Below, piece by piece: positions 40,651-54,570 of a stretch of DNA of 64,000 bases. Below the pieces are notes generated by a model, which saw only the letters and a list, made by a program, of their open reading frames with translations, did no database searches and was not told where the DNA came from. Numbering within the stretch: position 1 is the first letter of the stretch; every line of letters begins with the position of its first letter. The position numbers and the translations under genes were made by a program. Source of the DNA: Nageia nagi (taxonomy: Eukaryota; Plantae; Pinophyta); NCBI GenBank assembly GCA_050084985.1, contig JBITNC010000001.1, positions 72,664,001-72,728,000 on the forward strand, given 5' to 3'.

Positions 40651-43299
40651 CTTGATATAGAATTATTTTTTAAAATAAATAAATTTTTAATAATCATGGT
40701 GAGTAACAAAACATATTAGTATATTATTTTCATGTCATGACTTCATTTTTGTATGTTGGTAGTACAACAAAGGTTGTTAAGAAGTTACTTGCAACTTTAT
40801 AGTTATTCAAAACTTATTAAAAATATATCATTCATATTCTAGAGGCTATAAAATTTTTATATAGATCTAAAATCAACTAAAATGGAATATTATTGGATAT
40901 TTATCAATAAGAAATTTAGAATTATGTATAACATGACTACTTGTGGTTAAGATTTAACCTCCAATTGAGTAGTTTTTACTTGATTGGAAGAATGACTACA
41001 ACTATGATTTATCAAAACCAAGAAATGTAGGTACTTTGATCAATATAAAATAATTTTTTTGATATTTGTCCCTCTTATAAATCAATACAAATACTCTCAT
41101 TTATTTTTTCTAATTATGGTTTGTACTTAATTGGAAATAAAAAGGTTTTGGGAGAAGATGAAGGGAAAAAGTTTTTTCTAGGAATTTGTATCCCAAGAAT
41201 AAAATTGAAGATGAAAGGAAATGATTTCATTGAGAGATTATTTTTAATGGATTTTGCACCATTTTGAAAAGGACTAGGTGAATTTATTGATATTATGGTA
41301 TCTTTTGATGAGTTTTTTGAGCTTGTTAAAGGATTTTATCAAGAGTTTTATTAAAACTGCTAGGGAAACTTTATGCAATTATGTTATCCATTATTATGAC
41401 ATTAGCACTCAAGCTATTGAATTTGTGTCTCCATTTTATGATCAATATTACATAAAGTGTATTTTTTCCTATATAGATATAGTGTTATCATATCATATTT
41501 TCTAATTGCATTATCATAGATTTATGTAGTTAGTAACATTTTCATTTGAGGACATCTAATTTTGCATATTTCAAATATTTAATTGTGAAATAGTCGTAGT
41601 TTATCTATTGTTACAGATCATCAACCAATAAGAGAGAAACTCAAGGAGAGAGGAAACACCCTACTATTATTGATTCGCTAACCTATAGTAAACCTCATCT
41701 CTTTCACTTCTCATTATATATTTATGAATAATACTATCCCATATAAAAAGCTGAATTTATAAGTGGCTAGTAGATGTACCCCATGGGTACTTTATACATA
41801 CTTTGCATGTAATAGAAAAAGGTAATAATGTCAATCTTTCACTTTTATGTGGAAAGATAAACTTATCTCCATAGGAATTACTCTATATAATAATACTATT
41901 TATATCCTTTTTTATGTTGAGAACCACCAATTAGGGTTGTTGAATATTATGACCAATGTTAATAAATGTTTTAGTCTTTAGAGATAATTCATAGAAAACT
42001 TGATCCTAATAATATGGATTATTTATAATGATTTTAACATGGTGGATCTAATATGTAACATTATATGTGTTCCTCAATGTTGATTTACAGGAGAGAGGAA
42101 AGCATGGCTATTTTTCAAGAAAATAATTATCTTTTTTAATGTTATTCCTCAATCATAGATCATTAGTGTAATTATGCTATTTGGTTGCATGGTTAAATTT
42201 TTAGTACAAAGATAGTATAGCATATAATAAAATTGATAAAGATATGCCTAGTCCTTAATTTCTTCTTCCGAATCTACTTTGCCAAATTTGTTTTATCTAT
42301 TCATACTTCCATCTAATTTGAAATCTATGGGAGATTAATTTCCAATGATCTTCTAGGTCTAGGTTTATCATGAATACCTATTTTTTGTTACATTCTATAT
42401 AGTAAAATATATTTAGTGTATTTGGAACATATTTCCTTACTTTATTTGAGAGGAAGGATGAATTTCTTATGGAGAAGGCAAATCAAATAACTACTATTTT
42501 TATTCAATCACATAGTACTTAGCTAGCCAAATTTAAAACTAGTTCAATTCAACATTGACTTGAGAGCCTTTTAAGATATCTAAGAGTTGGGAAAAATCCT
42601 TTAAATGAACCTATATAATAGGAATTTTCTCTTATAAGGAAAAATTTTAAATTACAAAATATTATGAAGATAAAGGAGCTTAACTTTGTGCTAGATTGTG
42701 TTAGTTGTAAATTAGGGATATTATTATTAAGTTTATTTCAAAATATTTGGTCTCAAATTAATCCCACATACATACATGTACTATTAATAGATACTATTCA
42801 TTTATTAATATTTTATTATATTTTCTATAAGTTTATTAATAATTATAAGTACATTTTAATATGATATTTATTCACTAAAGATCATCAAGTTGAAATAGAT
42901 ATGTGCATGGAAGTAGTCTCAGCTAGGATTTAAATCATCAAAATATAACTTGTGATCATATCCTTTTCATAAAAGAATTACATATGGATATTTTAATTAT
43001 GGTTAATGGTAAATATTTAGGAATTGAAGATTTTCCTTGTAAATTTTACGATTCTATGGTTAATAATAAGGCATGATATTTTTTATATGTATAAGGAATC
43101 CATGAAAAAAGGATCATTAAGGGAAATGATAAATAAAGAAAATACTAAATTTATTCTTAATTAGAAAATCATAAATTAATCACTAGTTGACATCCTACTA
43201 TATTATTAAATATTTTATATAATTGTATAGTAAAATCTTTTAGCTTTGAGACTTAATATTATTTCCTTTCATTTTTCATCTAACATATGACTTTCATCA

Positions 43300-44250
43300 T
43301 GGTCATTATTTTCTTGAAAGTATTCTTGTTGATCATATGGTGTCATGACTTACAATGAAAGTACATTTCCTCATAATCAATACCATATTTTAGATAAAAT
43401 CTATGGTAATTAATATTTTTGTGTACTTGTTAATAATGCAATATTAACTATTGAGCTTGGTATTGTATAGCCATTTGGTTCAAATGATATATTTTTACTT
43501 AAGTAATTATTGAATCCTATATTTTGTCCTTTTCTATAGAATTTATTTTTTCTCCATAGTAACAACCCATTATTTAGACTTGATAGTTTTATCAATGGTT
43601 CTAGATTTACTTAAAATATGAGATAATGCAAAGTAATTCAATTCATCAAGAATTTGATTAATAACTTAATTTTATTACCTTATCATGATTGAAGCTTTAG
43701 TTTCATCTTGAAAAATTCATCTAATATTTGTGAAGCTAGATTTGAGAGTAATAATATTTTATAATTTCCTCCTTAATATGTGGTAGATGGACCACCTAAT
43801 GCTAGAGTAGAAGATACTTCAATAAATATTTATTGAGTAACTTATATGTCATATTCATTTAAATTTTTATATATTGATCATCCCCTTCACGTACAAACTC
43901 CTTCCAATTTTTGCAATGATCATCATAAACCCTACTCTTAATAACAATGACATCATGGAAAAATAGTATTATTCATATTTTTAGGATTGTAGAAGTTGTA
44001 TGTATTTCTTTTGTCAATATAACCTATGAAGAAATTAGGCATACCTTTTCAATCCAAATTCTTTTTATTTTCAATATTACTATGCATATATTTTAAGCTT
44101 CCAAATGCCTTAAAATTTGCAATATTTAGATTATTACCATTCCAAAATCATATGAAGTTTATTCTTGAATATTATAGCGGGAATCCTATTGAGTATATAG
44201 GAAGTTATCCTTACCACTTTAACCCAATATATCATCTCCTATAACCCCTT
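43300..44250 (-). mobile_element. Ty1/Copia fragment (integrase C-terminus to RT start)
   Basis: Minus strand NFKAFGSLKYMH...KNLD*K...FFIGY...TYNFYNP (GKGY-type region) ~43985-44120; IGFKWLY-like RT start ~43465-43490. Confidence 0.7.
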
Positions 44251-45126
44251 ACTTTTACCATACTTCTAGCTAATTCTATGAGCATATGAGTCCTCCAATT
44301 GAATCAATATGATAAAAGGATCCTAAAATAGATAACCATAATTACCATTGCATAAGAAAACTAGAGCCTTGGGAATTAAATAAGGAAACCACCTACAAGT
44401 AAACAATTGTACCGTATGGAATTTTGAATGTATGTATGTAACAAAATATCAAAAAATAATATATATATAATTTATGGATTAAACATAAATTGACTCATGC
44501 AAATCTCAATAAAAGAATTTCTCATATCTAAATTAAAAAAGCCAATCCAATCTAATAAATCCTAATACTTGATATACATTTTCTTGTGCCACACCAAAAT
44601 ATAAAAAATCATAAAACTCAATCAAAATAGAATAATAATTAAATTCATCAATAACAACACTAAAATTATAGCATAATCTCACTACAAACCTTATTAATTA
44701 TGATAAAAACCAAGAATTAAACTTTTTTCTAAAGCTTGCAACTTAGTTGCTTCTCTTTTTATCTATTTTCTAACATCTTGCAAATACAATAGACCAAAAA
44801 GGGCCTATAGGGGTTATTTTAAAATGCCACCTAAGCCTTTTACCTGCAATTATCTACCCATTGTCTATGCAAGTGTTGCCAAAATTTGATACTCTATGGA
44901 GATAGTTTATAATCGCCCTTATAGGGTCTGAAAAAACTACCTCAAATGTAAAAACACTCATGAAAATTGCTTGAAAAGGAGATTTAGGGGAAATTTAAAA
45001 CCACCTCCATAGGTTCCTAAAAATTGCCTCCAAAACCAACTTATAGAGGGGGTTTAAAATGACTTCAACACCCAAAAACCCACCTCAAAAACCCTTAAGA
45101 GGTGGTTTAAAACTACCTCAAAACTT

Positions 45127-45130
<4 letters not shown>

Positions 45131-45208
<78 letters not shown>

Positions 45209-45234
45209 TTATTTTTATTTATTTATTTATTTAT
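45131..45234. repeat. (AT)37 microsatellite followed by (TTTA)n
   Basis: Read directly. Confidence 0.97.
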
Positions 45235-46009
45235 CTATAAATCCTCAAATACTATAAAGTTGTTATATTTAACTATTTGTAAAGAATCCTATATAATCGT
45301 AGAGTGAAGATATGGAGAGGGAGGTGTAAGAATCACATGAAAGGAGAAAAGTATTTCTCCTATCATGAATCATCCTATTTATTAGCATTAAAATTAGGAT
45401 GTATTTCATCCCTTTGGTCCTTGATGTTGGTATATTTGGCATCTTTACTAGCTGCAGCTACACTTTTCCCTGATCTATTGTTCTATTTTACCTATTTACT
45501 TTCTTCATGGACATGTTAACCAAGATTTGTATCATTTTCTTGGTGATATTAGGCATCCTTTTCTCCATCTTTGATTGTTCCTTTCTCTTAGAGTTATCCC
45601 CTACCCCCTAATTAGTTCTCTCAACCTTATGTGTCCTTTTCCTCATATCAATCCTTGATGACTCTTTGAATTACCCTATGATTTTGACATAGAAAACTTT
45701 ATCCTTTTTTCCCTTACGTCCTCACTGACCATCAATCCTTACCTCTTAGGATTCCTTTATACCTTCATCCTTTATATACCTCCCATGCTTGCTACTAGCA
45801 CAATTACTAACTTAAACTCCCCTAGCAACTTCATCCACCACCATGCCATGTTTCCCTCTTACTCTCTTTCCAAGGGCCCTTACATCACCATTTCCCACAA
45901 ATCTTTAATACTATTTGCAAAGAGATACATCATAGAAAATTTTAATAATTTTTTGATACAATGGAACTATATTCGAATCAACCTTGCATTTGTTAATTGA
46001 GATTTCAAG

Positions 46010-47915
46010 AGAATCAATGTTCTTACTCTTTAAACATCATCCTAACTATCCAATTTAACATAAACATTTAAAAGAACATAAGAGGGAGCATATTTAGATT
46101 CCAACAAAAAAATGATTGTTACCACAAATTCCCCTATTCTTAAATTCTTATGTGATCTACAAGCACCATGTAGACACATCCACACACCCAATTCAAGTTT
46201 TATGGGCATCTTGGCAATGAAAATCAAAGCTTCCTCAAGATAGCCTACATAAAAAATTAAATTTATATGAATTATATAATAAAATTTATTTTGAAAGCCT
46301 TATATACTAGACTTTTCATTTCTATCATTAAATAATTCTAATAATCAAACCTGGATAATAATTTTTAATAGTTAAATATACAAAACATGGTCTAATTCTA
46401 CCCAAAATATTCTTGGTATGGTTATCCATGGATAGTGCATAATTTGCATCACTTTACAATTGTATAGGATTCCTAAAAAATAGTTCAATATGATGACTAT
46501 GTAGAATTAAAAATAAGGCTTTCATAAATATTGCATCAATATATTTAGGCAATTATGATCACTTGATAATATGATGTAAACAATCAACAACATTGTCTAT
46601 TTATTCAAATATTTAATAAAATTATGTTAAAAAATAAAATCAAACATAGTTACCTTTATACTTGAAATCATGTACCATGCCATTATGCAAGACTCTTTAG
46701 ATCTTGCATTAATTTACACCAACAATAATCTCTACAAGAACATTTGACTACATCAATATACATAGGGAGTCACATTCACTTGACAATATGATGTCACTAG
46801 TCAACAACACTAGATATATTTGTATAAATATGTAATAAAAATACTTTTTGAAAAATTAAAATGAAACATAGTTTCCTTTCTACCTGAAAGCATGGACCAT
46901 GTCATTATGCAAGACTCTTTAGATCTCATCAATGAAATGTATAATTATTTTTTGGAGAAAATCTCAACCAAATATATAATTATCTATTGTATATATTCAC
47001 ACAAAGGTTTAAGCCCTTATAAAATATATTGATCAACAACCATCATAAGATCTTATGCAATATATAATCAATTTAAATATTTTTCTTAAATATGCATGAT
47101 CAATTTGAATGCAACTATAGACCAAAATTTTCATTCCTATCACTAAAAATTTCTAATAATCAAATCTGGATGATAATTTTTAGTACTTAAATGTGTAAAA
47201 TATGATCTAATTCCATCCAAAAATTCTTGGTATTTTTATCTATAGACATTGCAACATACGCATCAACCTATAAATAAATTACTATATAGAATTTAGGTCT
47301 AAATGGCTAATGCAAACATGGGCACAAGAAAATAGAATGAATCCAAACTAAATGACGATACAAAATAATAAAGGAAAGAGAAAAGTAAAATAAAAGTATG
47401 TACCCTTTTATCAAATTCAATACAAATTTATCCAAATATCTTCTTGCTTACTATATTTCTTCAATGTTCTTACTCTTTGAACATCATCCCAACTGCCCAC
47501 TTTAAAATAAATATTAGAAAGAAGAATCTAATATGGAGTATATTTAGGCTTTAATAAAAAAAACATTGTTACCACAAAATACCCTATTCCTACATTCTTA
47601 TGTGATGTACAAACACCAAGTAGACATATACACACACCTAATTCAACAATCAACAACATTGTTTATTTGTACAAATAATTAATAATACTTTATAGTTTTA
47701 TTTCTACATGAAATCATGCACCATGTCATTTTCCAAGCTTCTTTAGATCTTGCATTACTTTGCATTACCAATAATCTCCAAACTAACATTATCCTACATC
47801 AATATACATAGGTAGTTATATTTACTTGATAATATAATTTTAGCAATCAACCACATTGTCTATTTGTATAAATATTTAATAATAACACTTTTTAGAAAAA
47901 CTAAAATGAGATATG
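46010..47915. repeat. Locally duplicated, shuffled modules (A-B-C-C-B'-A'-C')
   Basis: 46013-46197 resembles 47461-47646; 46311-46450 resembles 47128-47265; catgccattatgcaagactctttagatct-like block at ~46676, ~46898 and ~47722. Confidence 0.75.
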
Positions 47916-50362
47916 GTATTATCGATACAATAAATGAATGGTCATTCATCGCTTTTTGGCTATTTATGAATAGTCAATAAAATGTAAGATTACTTGCATG
48001 TCATGGTTAATGATGCAGTAGCACTCTATGTTCTACTATGTCCTATAATACTTGGGTTGTATAGAGGCTATCACAAGCTTAATAGTGTGTAGAAACCCTT
48101 TGTTCTATTCTCTTTTTATAAGAATTTGAAAGAACACTTGTTCTTCAATTTGTGAATAGATCATGGAGAAATTAATCACTTAAACAATGTATTTATCATG
48201 GTTGGAGCCACAACAAGGTAGCATAATTTGCATTATCAAGATTCAATAAAAAGATAGCTTACATGAATTGACCTACTAAAATATAGTCATAGAAAGCCTC
48301 CCTTGATATTATCCAACCTAATGATATATGCTTAAGGATCAAGTTCTTTTATTAAATATTCATTAATACTGAACTTATATGTAATTGTATAAGTTCAATA
48401 ATAATTAAACCTTATAACCTTCATACTAATTATACCATTGACACAAGAAATGGTGAAAGGGTATTAAGAAAATATAAGCACCTTAGGGAGATATTTATTT
48501 CATAGGATATTTGATTTACATTCAAAGTGACAAGGACACTACATAGATAACTATTACATCAACAAGCTCTAGTAGTAGAAATATATTTATAGAAAAACAT
48601 TTGAAAATAATTTGTTATATATATAAATAATTATTTAATTGACAAACAATAAGATATCTATGAATGTGGTTATTGATCACCATAAATGATGATGAATTAA
48701 ACTTAACTTTGATAGGGCAACTAAGATTAATACAAGATAAAGAAATAAAGAAAAGTGGTCTAGAAAGACCATAAATAATAGGATTATAAGTTTCATGTAG
48801 AGTTGATAATTTTTTGCTCTAAATTATATAAGAAATATTATCACTCATTCTAATGCAACTCATGCACTATAATTGAAATGTTAATATTATGAAATTTTTT
48901 TATCTAAGGAATACCATTGCCAATCATACTTTGAACCCTCCAAATGCTAATGACTAGCTTGAAATGTCTAAGACTATAAATAATTTTATAACTTAAATAT
49001 TTATATGTTAAAATTATATAGTTCTTTATGTGTCTATCCTTTATATAGTTACAGATGTTTTGTACTTTATTTTCTCCTATAGTATAGTTGTTAGAACTTA
49101 ATGTTTCCTAATTGAAATGAGCTCAAGGTTATTGCACATATTTCCAACACTTTGAGACAAGCTAAATACTTAGTGAAAGTGATACAAAAGGAAACAAGTT
49201 AAAAATTAGGTGTTTCCTTTTTCAGCATAACCTTGAATTTGAACCAATATTTCTAGGATTAATGTTTAAATGCTTAATATGTTATTAAGATAATACATAT
49301 AAGGGTTGTATATGTTAATTGCTTTTTCTTGTCAAGGAGAAAATTGGGACAATAGGAATCAATGATCCTCCTTTTAAGGAGTTAGTCCTCGAGGTAGTAA
49401 TTTAGTGTTTATGGCTGTGTAAAGATTTAGGTTATTTTTCTTATAACTCTTTTCATACTTGGATTAAGTACTCCTTCCACCATCTTGTACTAAGTAAATA
49501 ACCATTTAGGTTTTGTAACTTAACTAAAATTTCCTTACCAAGTTATCCAAGTTAGGAATGAAGTAGTAATATATTTCACTCAAGAAACTCTATGCTTATT
49601 TTTTTAATGCTTTATACTTTTCCTTGTATGTGTAAATACTTAAGTTTATTTTCTCACAACTATTTCTTATGCTTGGGTTAAGTGTTTGTTCCACTATCTC
49701 TTATCAAGTAATTAATGGCTTAGATTCTAATTTAGCTAATGTATTCTCAATTATCTAAGTTACAAGTAGGATAGTGATATGTTCCATGTAAGTAACTTCA
49801 CACTTAGTTCCTTTTACTTTAGATATATGAATACTTATTTCCTTTAATGAAGTCCTATATTGCATAACTTGCATAATACCTCATATTTTCTTTACCAACT
49901 TAAATGTAACTTTTTTTAAAGTTTGCAAAAATATAACATAATTAAAGTATGGAAAATGAACTATTAAATACTCTCGTAATCCATTCTCTAACTTAAAAAA
50001 GTATCAAAGGAACAAGCATACACAAGTGAGATGCAAGATAAGCATTTTTTACTGCTGACAAGCTTATATTACAATTTGAAAATTATAAAGAGAGTATAAA
50101 ATGAGGCCTCCATGACCTTAAGTAATGTTGAGAAGTAGATAGGTTTAGGATAAACCCTAAGCATCTCTTATATAAACCCTAACTATTTAAAAAAGTCTAA
50201 TTGAAATCCTAATTACATCATGCCAAAATTTGGCTAAGTTTGAAAATAAACTAACTCTAGAACTTAAAAGCTAAAAATTTTCTAACTCTATAATTTAAGG
50301 GGGACAAAAAATTTCTAACTTCCTTAAATTCATTTACAAAAATAACAATAAATAATCCCCTT

Positions 50363-53300
50363 CTCAATTTGTAGATGGAGGAGGGGGAAACAACACCATC
50401 ATTTGAGTTACTTTAATGTTGATATATCCTCTTACAAAACTATGAGCTCTATCCCATCCTTACAACAACCGATGGTATTAATAAATAATTTATTTGATAT
50501 TCTAATTATTCACTCTTTGATGAACCATTTTTACCTATGCAACCCATGTAAGAAAGTGATAATAATATTCCACAACTATAGCTTTTGCATATTTGTATTT
50601 TAATTTCTTTTCTAGAATCTCCACCAACTATTGTTGAACATCATCATCACTTCTCTAGTTTCCATTTTCATTTGTGATTAAAATATCGATCAATAAGATG
50701 ATATACCGAGTTTCATTATATAATTCAAATTATTTATATTTAAAAATAGTACATTTGGACTTTGCATTTGAGAGCCAATCATAAAGGAAGGAAACTTCTT
50801 TTAAGAAACTCAAAAAGTTGATCATCATTGATTTCCTCACATTCAATTTTGGCAACTTTCCCTACCTTAGTTACCTATTGACCCATATACTTGTTAATAT
50901 TAGATTCAATACTAAATAATTGAAGGTTGATTCTATTGAGATACATGAGTTCATGATAGGTATTATGAAAAATCTTGATGGCCCTCTCTATCAATTTTTT
51001 AATTCTCTCCTCTAACTAAAAACCTCTCTTGAATTTGAATTTTAAATCATCTTTATTAGTATCCAACTCTTCAAATTCTTAAAATGTTTTCTTCATTTGT
51101 TTCACATTATTTTTTAGCCTATCAAATTTTATATCTTTTTTCTATACCAATGTTTTGAGGTTCTTGGTATCTTGATTGATAATGTATACATTGGATTCAA
51201 TGCCTAGTGGCCCAATGTCATATTCCATCATATTGACATTAATATTCCTTTTATCCTTTGGCTTTCTAACATTGGTAGTGATTTATTCATCCATAATGTT
51301 TCATATTAAAATTCCATAATGATTTGCATTCTTTTGGGAATTGGTTGTGCTTTCGTGGGAGCATATTTATCTTCCTCTCTTTCACTTTCATTGTTAATCT
51401 CTTCAAGTCTCTACAATTATGCATCTATATCGATATTCTGTAGCATATTTTTGGAACTAAGCTAATCTAATGAGCTTGAATCTCTAAAGGTGACTATTTT
51501 CTTACCAAAAATTTATGCTTCATCATGTTCATCTTATCTACTCTTTTTTCTTCCTTTTTCATTTTCTCCCTCATCATCATCATCACCATCATCACTACCT
51601 CTAGGAACTTTTGATGTTTTTTTGAAAGGAGTATTGTGAGAGCCTAAAATATTATGTGGAGTAGATCCCTTCTTACTCTTGGATCTTATTTCCATCCCCT
51701 CACTTACTTGATATGAACCTTTTATCGCTTGTTAGAATGAGTCCTCTAGAGGGTTATCCTCTTGTTGTGAATCCTCTTCAAATCTAGAGTTGAAGAAGAA
51801 TAATTCATGAGCAACTCTAGGTAAAACATCATAGTAGGAGGTATAATAACATTTTGACTTATTTTTCCTTCCTCCTCTAAATCTATGATATTCATAAATA
51901 CATAATCCACTTCTTCAAGATTATCTGTGAGGTTTTCTTTCGAGTGACCCTCTATAGATACTTCATCCCACTATTCATTTTACATTTCATCATATTCTTC
52001 ATCATCATGTTTTCTTCTTGATTCATTATCTTCATTTCTTCCATGCTTATAGTCATTAGAGCTTTCTAAAGAATTATTACTAGAAGAAGGATGGTTTCCA
52101 CTAGGAGCAAGAGTGTGACTACTTTTACTATATTTGAATCGAGTCTTGGGATGCTCAATAGGTTGTTCCTCAAGCACCCCTAGGGTTGGAACATTCTAGA
52201 TGGGAGTATTAATAGTTTTCAGTATGTCTTCTCCATCCATTGATCCAAATTGATCAAACCCATGTTCATTTACAAAATCTTATAAATTTTTTTGCTCAAC
52301 TCTATTAGTTTCAGGGATACTGTTGTGACTTTTCTCTTTGGTCTATTGCTTTTTCTTCTCCCTTTCTTCTTATACATTTTTTTAAGAGATATTTTGAATC
52401 TCCAACTCTGATAGAATATTTTTATATCTTTCGATGGTGGGTAGAGAGTAGTGCTTATAGGAGGTATGAAATTTTTGACAATATTTGTCAACCCATACCA
52501 TAGGATCATAATGGATTTTCAATGCATGAAGCTTGAAACCATATCCTCCCACCTCTCTAGTTATTTTGACTTCTAACCAGTTGTTGTAGTCATAGTACTT
52601 GTAAGTGATAGGCATTTTAGTAGGTTCTTTTTTTTTAACCTTTGCAAATTTCTCATGGAAATAAAAAGTATATCTTATAAACTCAAGGAATACCAATATG
52701 TCATAGAGGTATTGGAGAAGTTTAAGTAGGGTGACATCAACACTATAGAACTTGATATATGAGGTATTGAACTCTTCTAGATGAAAATTTGCATATCCTT
52801 TTAACAAGTTCATGCCTTGTTAAGAAATTTTGGGCAAATTATTTGCTCCTTTGAGCTCTTTTATGATTTTGAACTCCCAATAATATGTTCATATTTGAAT
52901 GTGATCCCGCTCCTCCTCCTTGTTCCATTTAGGATAAACCATGTAAATTGCTACTCTTTTCTTGAAGATGATCTCTCTAATGCCATGAGCTCAAGGTCTA
53001 TTCTTATCTTTCAAAAGTAGGAAGAAAAGCTAAGACATATAATAGAATATCTTTATTTTCTTCACTTCACTCAGTTGATAGATCATGTTATCACTAGTCA
53101 CCTAACTCCATATGATATTCTTCTCATTATTAATGGCATAAAGGAAACCAAATAAATCTTTTTCAAATATGATGTTTGTTGATTTACCCATGATTCTATA
53201 GAGAAAACTAATTTCTTTATTAGTAGTATCTTCAAACAAAAATCTTTGAGCTTTCATTACCGCCTAGTGAGCTAAACCATGATGTTTTGATTTTAACCAA

Positions 53301-54570
53301 GAGTGCACAAGGTTGCTCTATATTTGATATCATACCTTTCTAACTCCTTTTTTGAATCTTATTAGGTATAGATTACTCCTCTATTTGATCATCTCATTAC
53401 ATCTTCAATTCATTCTTTTGTGAAAATCATAATAACATTTCCCTCAACATCTTTAACTCATAGGGGGGTCACTTAATAGAAATCCTTCAAAACACATGTG
53501 TTCATGAGATTCTTTAGAAACCCCCTATTTTAAAAATTTACCACCTTCTCTTTTAATTTATTAAACCCCTTATGGTAAATCTTTATATAATAGATAATAA
53601 CTCTTTTTAAAAACTTACCATTTTATAGAAAAAATTAAATCAAATTTTAATACCCTTCAATAGTTTTACCTCTTGATATCATCACCTTGAATTATATTGA
53701 TCTAAGAATTTACCAATTGAAACCATAATCTTTTGTAATTTAAAATCACCTAAAATGATGACCTAAGGGAAGACTATCTCAATGATGAAATTAGAGTATA
53801 ACCTAGGTCCTTGGTGATAAAGTCCAATAGACCTATTTATGGATCTATTTGTGAGGATAAACTCTTGATGATGAAATCCAAGTCACTTCTCCCATGTGTG
53901 TATAAAAAGAAAAGGTTATTTTTAAAATGATTTGTGTAATGGTTCTTTTCCTTTAGCACATCCATAACATTTTTTATCATATAAGATTACCAATCAATGC
54001 AATTGAAAAATATATTTTGATCTTATTGTGTTTGTTTGGTGTTCAAATTTATACACTCATAAACAATAGTAAAAAAATATCTTGTAAAATTTTGATAGAA
54101 TATTTTATATAAATTTTGAATACCCCTATCCCCATCCCCTTATAAAATACATACCAATATATCGATAGTTCAACTTGGTATTAAAAATACCCCATGGTAT
54201 GTACTCACATGGTATTTACCATTTCCTAACAATGACCCCCTTTTGCTTTAACTACTCTCAACATAAAATTTATATTTTTTACCACTTCCAAGAATAATTC
54301 AATAAATTTTATATAAAATGAGATAACATCAACCTTAAAAAGTCTCAAAGAATAAACAGTATCTCTTTCCTTGACCTCTTTAAAAATTTGATCCATCTCT
54401 TTTAGCATTCTTATCGGGCTGGTGTGATTCCATTGAGGATCACATATGTCTTCTATTAACTTATTGTATTAATAAGCTCTTTGCTTGACCTTCTCATCTT
54501 TGTTCAACTAGATGAAGATAATCTTTTTCAATTGGCTATAACCTCCTTTTCTCCTCTTTGAGTTGCCCAT
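50363..54570 (-). pseudogene. Long decayed retrotransposon-associated extra ORF, interrupted by MITE copy 3
   Basis: Acceptor ttttttgcag|G-ATG at 54570; ORF pieces 54226-54408, 52382-52813, 52270-52509, 51980-52177; frame continues across the MITE TSD (RVVK|DVEGNVIMIFTKE); acidic/basic C-terminal half. Confidence 0.55.
53459..54245 (+). mobile_element. hAT-type MITE copy 3 (787 bp)
   Basis: CATAGGGGGG...CCCCCTTTTG termini; exact 8-bp TSD ctttaact (53451-53458 and 54246-54253); colinear with copy 2. Confidence 0.92.

Noticed and set aside
41760-42800. Possible LINE endonuclease relic (DFNMV)
   Set aside because: Single weak motif; insufficient support.
45059-45307. ORF with an IY repeat
   Set aside because: Artefact of the (AT)n microsatellite.
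48690-48750. IKLNFDRATK as a Tat aRH placed after integrase
   Set aside because: The motif looks more like LINE RNase H, and the context is too decayed to assign.
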